Positions 20,937 through 29,557 of a stretch of 29,557 nucleotides of DNA are shown in pieces. The notes beneath the pieces were generated by a model. It was not told the DNA's origin. It searched no databases and saw nothing but the letters and a program-made list of their open reading frames with translations. The position numbers and the translations under genes are program-made. This stretch comes from Octopus sinensis. Taxonomy: Eukaryota. Each line of letters opens with the position of its first letter. Within the stretch, counting starts at the first letter, position 1. The stretch covers positions 1 through 29,557 of the forward strand of contig NW_021833205.1 of the NCBI RefSeq assembly GCF_006345805.1. The letters are read 5' to 3'.

Positions 20937-20998
<62 letters not shown>

Positions 20999-21133
20999 AG
21001 GTAGGTAGGTATTTTGAAGAGGAAGACCACTTGATAAATGCCAAGAAACAGCAATTGATGTACTTCTGGTGTTTTTTGTCTACCCCTTCTATGGCCACAC
21101 AATCGCGGGCGCATATATATATATATATATATA

Positions 21134-21236
21134 GGCGTAGGTGTGGCACTGTGTGGTACGCAGTTTGGTTCCCAGCTACAGTTCCGGGTTCAGTTTCACT
21201 GCGTGACACATTTGTCAAATGTTATTTACTGTAGCC
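21134..21236 (+). mobile_element. SINE family F head fragment, decayed
   Basis: GGCGTAGGTGTGGCACTGTGTGGTA...GTTCCGGGTTCAGTTTCACTGCGTGACAC. Confidence 0.7.
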
Positions 21237-21771
21237 GGTTGTATCTGAACAGGCATCCAACTTCACAAATTTGTATATCAGGTACGGTCCTTCCCTAGAT
21301 ATACTCGAATATCGGAAATAATGGATACCTACTTTTTCGATAATATTTCTACCTGAAGGGGTTGGTTTAAAACTGAGCAACGGAAATAATGCTAGCCTTT
21401 TTTATCGGTTTTATTGAAAAATGCAGATGTTAGTCTGTGTTTTTCTAAAATGTTTAAATCTCTGTTTGTTTTTGGAGGGATTTTTCTATCTTGTTTATGT
21501 TCCTTTTACAGTGTTTCGTCTGACATTTTCTCAAATTGTTTTAAGGTGGCATTTCTGAGCCACAATTTGACCGTAGAATTCTTACCTCACTACATTGTGT
21601 GTTGTTTTCAACACATTATATTGTTCTGCGGAACAACATAGCTTTCGTCTAAAGGAAATTAAGCTGTATGTTGATCATACTTGGAATCAGCAGTGGTTTT
21701 CGGATTGAATTCATCAGTTATTTTATTTACAATTTTAAACTATTTTTTAAGTAATAGACTATGTCATTCAT

Positions 21772-22034
21772 GTGGAGGCGCTTGTCTTAGTGGTTAGGGT
21801 GTCAGCATCATGATCGTAAGATTGTGGTTTCGATTCCTGGACCAGGCGATGCGTTGTGTTCTTGAGCAAAACACTTCATTTCACATTGCTCCAGTCCACT
21901 CAGCTGGCAAAAATGAGTAATGCTGCGATGGACTGGTGTCTCGTCCAGCTGGAGAACACATACGCCATTGAAACCGGGAAACTGGGCCCATAAGCCTGGC
22001 TAGGCTTTAAAAGGGCGCATTTATTTATTATATT
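21772..22034 (+). mobile_element. CORE-type SINE with tail X and (TTTA)n end
   Basis: A box, B box GGTTTCGATTCC, CORE TTCTTGAGCAAAACACTT and tail CTGCGATGGACTGGTGTCTCGTCCAG...GAAACCGGGAAAC. Probable TSD TAT(G/A)TCATTCAT at 21760-21771 and 22035-22046. Confidence 0.87.
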
Positions 22035-22322
22035 TATATCATTCATACGTTTTAAAGATTGTTAACCTCATAAACAAGATAAAATCATTAGATCCAAGAA
22101 TTGAATCCGAGTAGTTAATTCCCTTCACCAGAAACACACTTCGCCCATAATCCTGATTAAATATATATTGATCTGCTTTATTGTAGCTGCTTAGAAGTAA
22201 TATTATTTTATTATTCATTATTTTAAAAAAAACTCTCTGGAAATTTTGAGTGCCCGTGAGATATCTGTAGGAATTCGTTAACGTGTAACTATTGTGTTGG
22301 TTTTAGTTTGCATCTTAGTATA

Positions 22323-22704
22323 TGGAAGCACTCCGTCGGTTACGACAATGAGGGTTCCGGTTGATCCGAATCAACGGAACAGCCTGCTCGTGAAATTAAC
22401 GTGTAAGTGGCTGAGCACTCCACAGACACGTGTACCCTTAACGTAGTTCTCGGGGATATTCAGCGTGACACAGAGAGTGACAAGGCCGGCCCTTTGAAAT
22501 ACAGGTACAACAGAAACAGGAAGTAAGAGTGAGAGAAAGTTGTGGTGAAAGAGTACAGCAGGGATCACCACCATCCCCTGCCGGAGCCTCGTGGAGCTTT
22601 AGGTGTTTTCGCTCAATAAACACTTAAAACGCCCGGTCTGGGAATCGAAACCGCGATCCTATGACCGCGAGTCCGCTGCCCAAACCACTGGGCCATTGCG
22701 CCTC
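22323..22704 (-). mobile_element. SINE family B (tail Y), young full-length copy
   Basis: 12-bp TSD CATCTTAGTATA at 22311-22322 and 22705-22716. Roughly 97% identical by eye to 5496-5879. Confidence 0.93.
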
Positions 22705-23154
22705 CATCTTAGTATAAAGGAGACGGTGATTATGTAGTGCTGTGAAAAGAAAAGAAAACACAGAACGTAAAGAGCGCGTGCTTTTGTCTTATTGCACACG
22801 TTGTGAGTCCATTGTATGTTAAGTCAATGTAGCAAGCCAGTCTTCAAATATCGCCACCTAGAGAGATTACACGATATTAGCAGATGACAATGTTTTTTGT
22901 ATTTGGAAATAACAAAGAAGAGAGCATGTTTCTCGGTTGAGGGTCAGGAAATTTGGCATGCAGTGATGCACATTCAGTCTCAACATACATACAACGTGCG
23001 TACGAACACACATGACAGCTATTGTAAACTTAAATGGAATTTCATTCTTATACGCACACTTAGAAAGTTTCAATCGGGCATGCACGGATATATACCATGT
23101 GTGTTTCTTGTATGTATTTCAGCACAACACTGTTATCCCGTGTTAAGGTTTTCC

Positions 23155-23568
23155 CGTGTACATATGTGTACATGTTTTTGTGTGTGTATATATATGTATA
23201 TTTATATCTGTGTATGTATGCAATATATAGATATATATATGTGTACATATATATATACATATATATGCATTTGTTGTGTATATATACGGATATATACGTA
23301 TATATATACTGTATATATATATATATATCTATATATATATTACAGATATATATATGCATATATATATATATATATATATAGTAATATGTGTGTGTGTATT
23401 ATACACGAACAATATATATATATTATGTCAAAAAATGCATATTTACATACATACACATATATGTGTATTATGTATGAACGTATGTATGTATGTATCTATG
23501 CATGCACGTATGTATGTATGCATGTATGTGTGTGTGTGTATGTGTATGTATGTGTGCGTGTATATGTA
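23155..23568. repeat. (TA)n/(TG)n/(TATG)n compound microsatellite
   Basis: Directly visible. It accounts for most of the 232-aa ORF at 22897-23595. Confidence 0.93.
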
Positions 23569-23695
23569 CGCAGGCATGGATGGCCGTTTAGTTAAGAAGT
23601 TTATATGGCAATCCTGAGATCACGAACTCGATGCTATTTCATGACATCTTAGGTAAATATTGCTATTCTAGCCTAAGGTTGGCCCAAACTTTCTA
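23569..23695 (+). mobile_element. Very decayed SINE head (family F-like)
   Basis: GCAGGCATGGATGG...TAGTTAAGAAGTTT...CATCTTAGGTAAAT loosely matches the family F head and CORE. Confidence 0.45.
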
Positions 23696-23821
23696 CCTGG
23701 TATTGAGTACTGTGTACCAAATCTGTAATTCAAGGAGTTATCTTTGTCGCACACTGTGATTCTGCCTCAAAATTGTGTTAAAAATGCACGTACCTGTGGA
23801 ATACTCGGCCATTCACACAAT

Positions 23822-24011
23822 AATAAGCTGCCGGACGAGATAGTGAAGATTCCGACGACCGCTCGGTTCAAAGTCTCTCTTGACCAGAAATGGCCTGAAC
23901 TCTTTGTATGACCTACTGAACATAACTGTACATAACTCCCTGTCCCCCTACATGGCCTTGCTTTTGCTTTTTGAGCCAATAAAAATTGAATTGAATTGAA
24001 TTGAATTGAAT
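23822..24011 (+). mobile_element. 3' end of a CR1-like LINE with (GAATT)n tail
   Basis: NKLPDEIVKIPTTARFKVSLDQKWPELFV* (23822-23911) matches the CR1 ORF2 terminal WNxLPxxVV...FKxxLD motif. A short 3'UTR, AATAAA and a pentamer tail follow. Confidence 0.78.
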
Positions 24012-24220
24012 ATGCTTAAAAGATGACAAACAGTTAGAGAATCTTACTTCAACCGGCTCTCTGCCATCTTGATATCACTTTAATACGACTAACTTGATAT
24101 TGCATGTCTAGATTAAAAGGCATCCTTTTTCTGCTTCAATCTTTGGTCAACACTTGGCAGGATTTTGGCTGCTATTATCGATTTCATATTAGGACAACGG
24201 GACAAGCTAATTACCACGAT

Positions 24221-24629
24221 ACTCTTTCTCTTTTACTTCCTTCATTCATTTGACTGCGGCCATGCTGGAGCACCGCCTTTAGTCGAGCAAATCGACCCCG
24301 GGACTTATTCTTTGTAAGCCCAGTACTTATTCTATCGGCCTCTTTTGCCGAACCGCTAAGTGACGGTGACGTAAACACACCAGCATCGGTTGTCAAGCAA
24401 TGTTGGGGGGAGAAACACAGACACACAAACACAAACACATACATACATACATTTATATATATATACGACGGGCTTCTTTCAGTTTCCGTCTACCAAATCC
24501 ACTCACAAGGCATTAGTCGGCCTGAAGCTATAGCAGAAGACACTTGCCCAAGATGCCACGCACTGGGACTGAACCCGGAACCATGTGGTTGGTTAGCAAG
24601 CTACTTACCACACAGCCACTCTTGCGCCT
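24221..24629 (-). mobile_element. SINE family F full length with an internal CA/TA tract
   Basis: Reverse complement of 18926-19370 with a shorter internal microsatellite (about 24420-24465). Confidence 0.92.
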
Positions 24630-25471
24630 TAGTTAAAGATTTTATTGTAAAGGTGTTTTACGAGGAAATGTTTATCGAGAAGGTTCGTGAATTTTACTCC
24701 TGCATTAGTTTAAAATTCGAGGAGAAAAAGTGTGAACTGCATAAATTTCCAGGACACATTCCTAGATTTTTCTTTTTATGCGAGTGGGATATAGAAGATC
24801 TGATTCTTAAAGTCGCTATTTCCCAGAGTTCTGTTATAGTAGGATACAACCTCTTCAAAAATATTTTAGAAAATGACAGATAAAATATCTTGTGACTCAC
24901 ATTAGAGATAAAATTTCTGCAAAATATAGCGAAGGATGTATTAGATTGGTGGAAGCTACCTAACTGAAAGAGGGAAAATTTTGGAACTCCTGCTGGCCTG
25001 TGGACTCCTTCTGTTTGGAAGGAACTAAGAGATAGAAAACTTTAATATAAAACCTAACACTTTAGTATGATTTGGTCGTCTTATTTTTTATGGGAGTGGG
25101 GTTGTGTGCCAACGGTAAAAGAGGATTTTGTGCAATGAAGCCGATTCACTGCTATAAACAAATTCATAACCGGGTACCTTTCAGTAGGTGTGTTTTTCTC
25201 ATATGATTGCCACCGACAGTATGATTATTTTTCAAGTACAATGGTGTTGAGGCTTCGATGGAGTGTACAAATTTAATGGACGGGAAAACCTAGCAAGCAG
25301 GTGGCTTAGAACTTAACAACAATGCTTCAATCGTCTGTCCAGTGTGCAGTAAAAAGGGCCACTGGTTAAAATCCTTCAGATGTCACCTTGGTGTTTTTGA
25401 GTCGTAAAGTGGACTGATATAGATCAGAGAGTAATCACACTCGAAATCTAAGGGACATCCATCATACATAG

Positions 25472-25849
25472 TCTTTCATTCTTTTACTTGTTTTAGTCAT
25501 CAGATTGCGGCCATGCTGAGGCAGTACCTTGAAAACTTTTAGTCGAACGAATCGACTGCAGTACTTGTTTTTTTAACCTAGTACTTTTTCTACCGGTCTC
25601 TTTTGCCGAACCGCTAAGTTACGGAACATAAGCACACTAGCACCAATTGTCAAGCGGTGTTGGGGGACAAACGCAGACACAAAGACACACACACATACAT
25701 ATACGACGGACTTCTTTCAGTCTCCTTTTACCAAATCTACTCACAAGGTTTTGGTCGGCATGAGGCCATAATAGACGACACTTCGGTGGGATTGAACCCG
25801 GAGCCATGTCAACTGGAAAGCAAATTTCTTACCACACAGCCACGCCTTC
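25472..25849 (-). mobile_element. SINE family F, older copy
   Basis: CTTTTACTTGTTTTAGTCATCAGATTGCGGCCATGCTG...TTTTGCCGAACCGCTAAG...CTTACCACACAGCCAC. Confidence 0.85.
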
Positions 25850-26289
25850 CACGGTATTCAGCTTTATGAATCTCACGACAAACGGATTTGGTTGATACAG
25901 GATTGGTTAGATGGTGGTTTAGCCATGCTAACACTTTCGCTGCCGTAATTCGATGGTTTTTAGACACAAAACGTTCTACTATTCAAGTGTCTCTTTCTGT
26001 GAGTTTTGTCTTCTGACCATGCTAACATGAATGTACCTCTCTAAATATTCAAAATTAATTCAGTATTTTCAGTGATTGAAGCTCCGCAATTCTCGCTCCA
26101 ACAATTTGTTCTCTTAGGAAATCAGAGAGGTCACGCATTTTAACTTATATAAATATATATATTTGTAAATAAAGGAAAACAGAGAGTCATGTCACGAAAT
26201 ACATGTCCTGCATGATGCATATGAATACATATGTACAGAGTAGAGAAGTTTTGAATTTGTCATATTGTGTGCAGAACATGCTTGAAAAT

Positions 26290-27410
26290 TTTCGCCCCTG
26301 TAGACCGCATCAGTTCGCACGTACTGCGCGCTTATCAAATTTCCGTTTTCATGCAAAATGACTGTGCAGAGATATTGCATAAGTTTTGACAAAAGCTTGG
26401 TGTTACTCAAATTCAAACCATCCAAAACGTTCAGTAGACCTTTGGCAATGGTGCCATTGGCAAAACTCAGATCAAAGAGTTGTACAACTGCTTCAGACAT
26501 GGCCGCACCTGTGGGGAGCGGGCACGTTCAGGTAGGCCTTCCACAAACCAAAACGAGGAGCCGATTGAGAAGGTCTGGCGAATAGTCATGGAAGACCATC
26601 GTGTAACAATCCAGGAAATTGCTCATGAAGTGGGAATAAGCACAGAATCAGTGCATTCCATCTTAACACAGAATTTGTGCATGCAGAGGGTGTCGGTGTA
26701 ATTCTCCAAGGTGCTAGCGAGGCAGCAGAAACGACTACGCATAGAAACCGCTCAGGACATGGCTAGGCTGTGAAGCCATGACCTAGATTTCATGAAGACC
26801 ATTATTACTGGTAATGAACCATGGGTTTTTGGTTACGACCTAGAAACCAATTTCCAGTCCTCCCAATGGAAGCATCCGTCATCACCAATGCCCAAAAGAG
26901 CACAACAGGTTCGCAGCAATGTGAAGGAACATTTAACCTGTTTCTTTGAATCACGTGGTATTGCGGATTATGAATACGCATCACAAGGCCAAACAGTCAA
27001 CTAGGAATGGTAACTGGAGGTTATATGTCGCCTTTGTGATGCTTTGCGTCGAAAGCGATCGGGCATAAGGGCGGCGAAGAATTAGCAACTTCACCACGAC
27101 AATGCGAGTGCTCATTCCACCAACATTATCCAACTTTTCTGGTCAAGAACAACACACCATTTGTTCGACCGGCTCCCGACTCTCCTAACGTGGCACCGTG
27201 TGACTTCTGGTTCTTCCTGAAATGGAATACCACGCTGAAAAAGAAGCGATTTGAGTCGCGAGAGGAAATCATGAGAACAGAGACGTCGGTGCTCCCTCAT
27301 TCAAGAGAAGGCAGAATTAGAGGGAGAAGTGTCAACTCCCAACGGCAGTATTATGTAGATGATTGAACAAAATTAGGCCCAAAGGTCGGATAACTTTTGA
27401 AGGCATCTCG
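26290..27410 (+). pseudogene. Mariner (D,D34D) transposase relic with right TIR
   Basis: Stitched frames from ATG 26358: QRYCI...RSGRPST...VMEDHRVTIQEIAHEVGIS...KTIITGNEPWVFGYDLET...QSSQWKHPSSP...LHHDNASAH...APCDFWFF. Many stops and frameshifts. TIR-like TCGGATAACTTTTGAAGGCATCTCG|TA at the end. The left boundary is approximate. Confidence 0.9.
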
Positions 27411-27509
27411 TATATATGTGCGTGCGCATGTGTGTGTGTGTCTGCTTATAGATATATATGTATGTATGCATTTGCCCTTGAACTCTGATGTGCACTAAGT
27501 TTTAACATT

Positions 27510-28152
27510 CTAGCTCACTTCCATCGTTTACAGAAGTGCTTGGAAGGAAGATGTGTAGCGTGTGATCGTCGCATTGACCATGACAGAAATAGTTGTCGTG
27601 GCGATACCTCCTCAGAGGCCTACACAAAGTTGCAGAAAATGTATGGCGAGGGATGTATGAGCCGCACACAAGTGTAAGAGTGGTCCAGACCTTTCCAAGA
27701 TGAACGAAGAAATGTCGATATTGACGAATGTTCTAGGAGACCGCAACCAGCAGGACTGAGAAAAACATCGCATATGTGCATGTAGCTGTGAGGGAAATCG
27801 TCGAATCATAATCCATAAGTTATCAGGGGATGTCCAGGTTAGTAACTGTCAGTTCAGTCCATTAACACTGAAGATTTAGATATGAGACGCGCGTCTACCA
27901 AGTTTGTGCCCAAACTACTTTCAGCAGACCAAAAAGACACCTGGATTTCAGTTGCACAAGATCTCCTTGATTGTATGGAGAACGATGTAAACTTATTGAA
28001 AACTTTGTGTAGGCCTCTGAACAGGTATCACCAGGTATTTGGCAAAATTTGATGCAGATTCTCTGCTCAACTTTTTCTGTCATGGCCAACGCGGCGATCA
28101 CACGCTACACACCTTCCATCCATGCACTGTTGTAAACAGCTGAAGTGAGCTA
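27510..28152 (+). mobile_element. Second mariner relic: 5' half followed by an inverted copy of its own 5' end
   Basis: 27588-28006 encodes decayed MTE...EAYTKLQKMYGEGCMSRTQV...TEDLDMRRASTKFVPKLLSADQK...LLKT. 28001-28152 is the reverse complement of 27510-27631 and translates (minus) as MTEKVEQRICIKFCQ. Confidence 0.85.
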
Positions 28153-28345
28153 ACACTTAACCCTTATTGCCATGTACAAGCAAGTTTAAGGTCATTTTTG
28201 CGAAGCGACTTCACTGTGGTGTGCTTTTGCTTCGTTACTATGGCAACAGTCCGGATACATATTGATCAACAGACCACGTCGACACTACTATCATATATAA
28301 TATGTGTATGTGTATGTGTGTGTATATATATCTCTATATGTATAT

Positions 28346-28376
<31 letters not shown>

Positions 28377-28513
28377 TATATATATTATATATTATATATA
28401 TTATATAACCATTATATATGCAAGAAAAAAATGAGGAAAATAGGAAGAAGTTGGTCGTTTGCGCTAGTAAGCCATTAATTTAATTAATTAAAACACAAAA
28501 GTGGTAGTAATAG

Positions 28514-28569
28514 TACATTTATGATCGTTTCCGTTTACCTCTTGTAGTGGTAGACATCATCAGAATGCA
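28514..28569 (-). ncRNA. Decayed type I hammerhead-like motif
   Basis: Minus strand TGCATT CTGATGA TGTCTACC-9 nt-GGTAAACG GAAA CGATCA TA AATGTA: 6-bp stem I, 7 of 8 pairs in stem II. Stem III ACGATC(G>A)T is one CpG-type change away from a palindrome. Confidence 0.6.
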
Positions 28570-28790
28570 TAGTCATATGTAGAGGTAAGAAGAGCGAAAG
28601 GCATAGGAATCCATTGGTATGAGATTGAAGACAAAGGACTCTTACATTATAATAGATTTCATTGTTGATAATTCTATTGCGAAGTAGATGAATAATAAAT
28701 ATAAAAAATATAAAGAAATATATAAATATATAAAAATACATATATATACGAAACATATAAATATATAATATATAAGGTTTTTTTTAATTT

Positions 28791-28872
28791 TTCCCCTGAT
28801 GAAGGAGTGATTATCGTGATGCACCCTCGTGCATTAAATACGGTAATGAACCCCTGAAATGGCCATAGCGAA
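28791..28872 (+). ncRNA. Type I hammerhead-like motif
   Basis: TTCCC CTGATGA AGGAGTGATTATCG...CGGTAATGAACCCCT GAAA TGGCCA TA GCGAA: long imperfect stem II, palindromic ATGGCCAT, AUA triplet (cut after 28867), stem I with one mismatch. Confidence 0.62.
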
Positions 28873-29196
28873 TGTAAATATGGTTTCTTCTTTTTTGCTT
28901 GGACACTGGCTTTTCATAATGGGTTTTCCCTTATCTTAAAAAGTAATTTACAATCGAAAAAATTTCTAAACGATGAACTTTTATCTTACCTTATATATTA
29001 TATATTTATATGTTTCCTATATATATGTATTTTTATATTTTTATATATTTATTATTCTACATGTTATAATGTTAAAATATATTTTTCTATTCGCTAAAGT
29101 ATTAATTTTTAATCACGATAGACTCTACTCACACATATGTCTTATATGCTTTTATTAATGAATTATGTTTCATCTTCTGTGATTTTATGCATCTAT

Positions 29197-29557
29197 AAAG
29201 CGTTCGACAGGGTAGACCATAACATCCTACTCTCAAAATTGGCAAATGTTGGAATCCGTGGAAAAGTTCTACACTAGATTCAGTATTTCCTAGCGAATAG
29301 AACACAACATGTTGTATTGTTGATGGAGTCCACTCAAACCCAGCAAAAGTCACCAGCGGTGTTCCCCAGGGAACTGTTTTGGGTCCGCTACTCTTCATAA
29401 TTTATCTAAACGACCTTTCCAGTGTCGACATCACTGCAAAGTGAAAATATTCGCTGATGACACTAAGCTTCCACAAATCGTCATGAAGAAGCAGACCGAA
29501 CTCAACTCCAGTCTGATCTATATTTGAGTCATGGGCAGACAGAAACCAATGCAACTG
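29197..29557 (+). pseudogene. CR1/Jockey-group LINE reverse transcriptase fragment, running off the window
   Basis: KAFDRVDHNILLSKL..., VTSGVPQGTVLGPLLFIIYLNDL and KIFADDTKL, with one stop and two frameshifts. Confidence 0.92.

Larger units (their letters stand above)
20553..20939. mobile_element. Foldback cassette (about 150-bp arms, 87-bp spacer), each arm with a complete hammerhead
   Basis: Arms at 20553-20704 and 20792-20939 are reverse complements. Microsatellites lie immediately to the right and about 150 bp to the left. Confidence 0.8.

Noticed and set aside
21345-21405. CTGAAGG...CAACGGAAATAATGC hammerhead candidate
   Set aside because: A9 is wrong, stem III is not self-complementary and there is no stem I.
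21630-21720. Minus-strand CTGATGA...GAAAGCTA hammerhead candidate
   Set aside because: No convincing stem I or stem II pairing.
22897-23595. Longest ORF (232 aa) and the many MYVC/YIYI/HTHT ORFs
   Set aside because: They are translations of (TA)n, (TG)n and (TATG)n tracts that lack stops in some frames. No domain content.
24653-24900. Overlapping 76-aa (+) and 68-aa (-) ORFs
   Set aside because: No motif recognised, a non-ATG start and no supporting donor site.
29454-29460. CTGATGA core (and CTGAAGA near 27868)
   Set aside because: These are simply codons of the RT FADD motif and of the mariner TED residues. No downstream GAAA-stem III-UH was found.
1-29557. Autonomous Penelope ORF (RT plus GIY-YIG) to accompany the hammerheads
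   Set aside because: None is seen in the ORF track or in the frames I translated, so the PLE link rests only on motif type and cassette architecture.

Overview
AT-rich eukaryotic, essentially non-coding DNA (intron or intergenic). The tRNA-derived SINE families and dense (TA)n/(TATG)n/(CA)n microsatellites point to an octopus genome; this comes from recognising the repeats, not from a database search. No intact protein-coding gene, RNA gene or CRISPR array is supported, and almost all ORF-track entries are microsatellite or SINE artefacts. Supported content: over 20 SINE copies in several head/tail combinations (many with target-site duplications, TSDs), decayed LINE pieces (Tx1/L1, R4/Dong-type, two CR1-like), two mariner relics, a mariner MITE, a pogo-like end and a Helitron-like element. 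The strongest unexplained signal is ten type I hammerhead ribozyme-like folds with short self-complementary stem III. Eight lie between 14.1 and 20.9 kb, several inside inverted-repeat cassettes that end in microsatellites. They are best read as non-autonomous Penelope-like/retrozyme-like modules, but no Penelope ORF was seen and cleavage activity is untested. A second notable signal is a SINE that occurs as monomer, dimer and trimer with a fixed junction.
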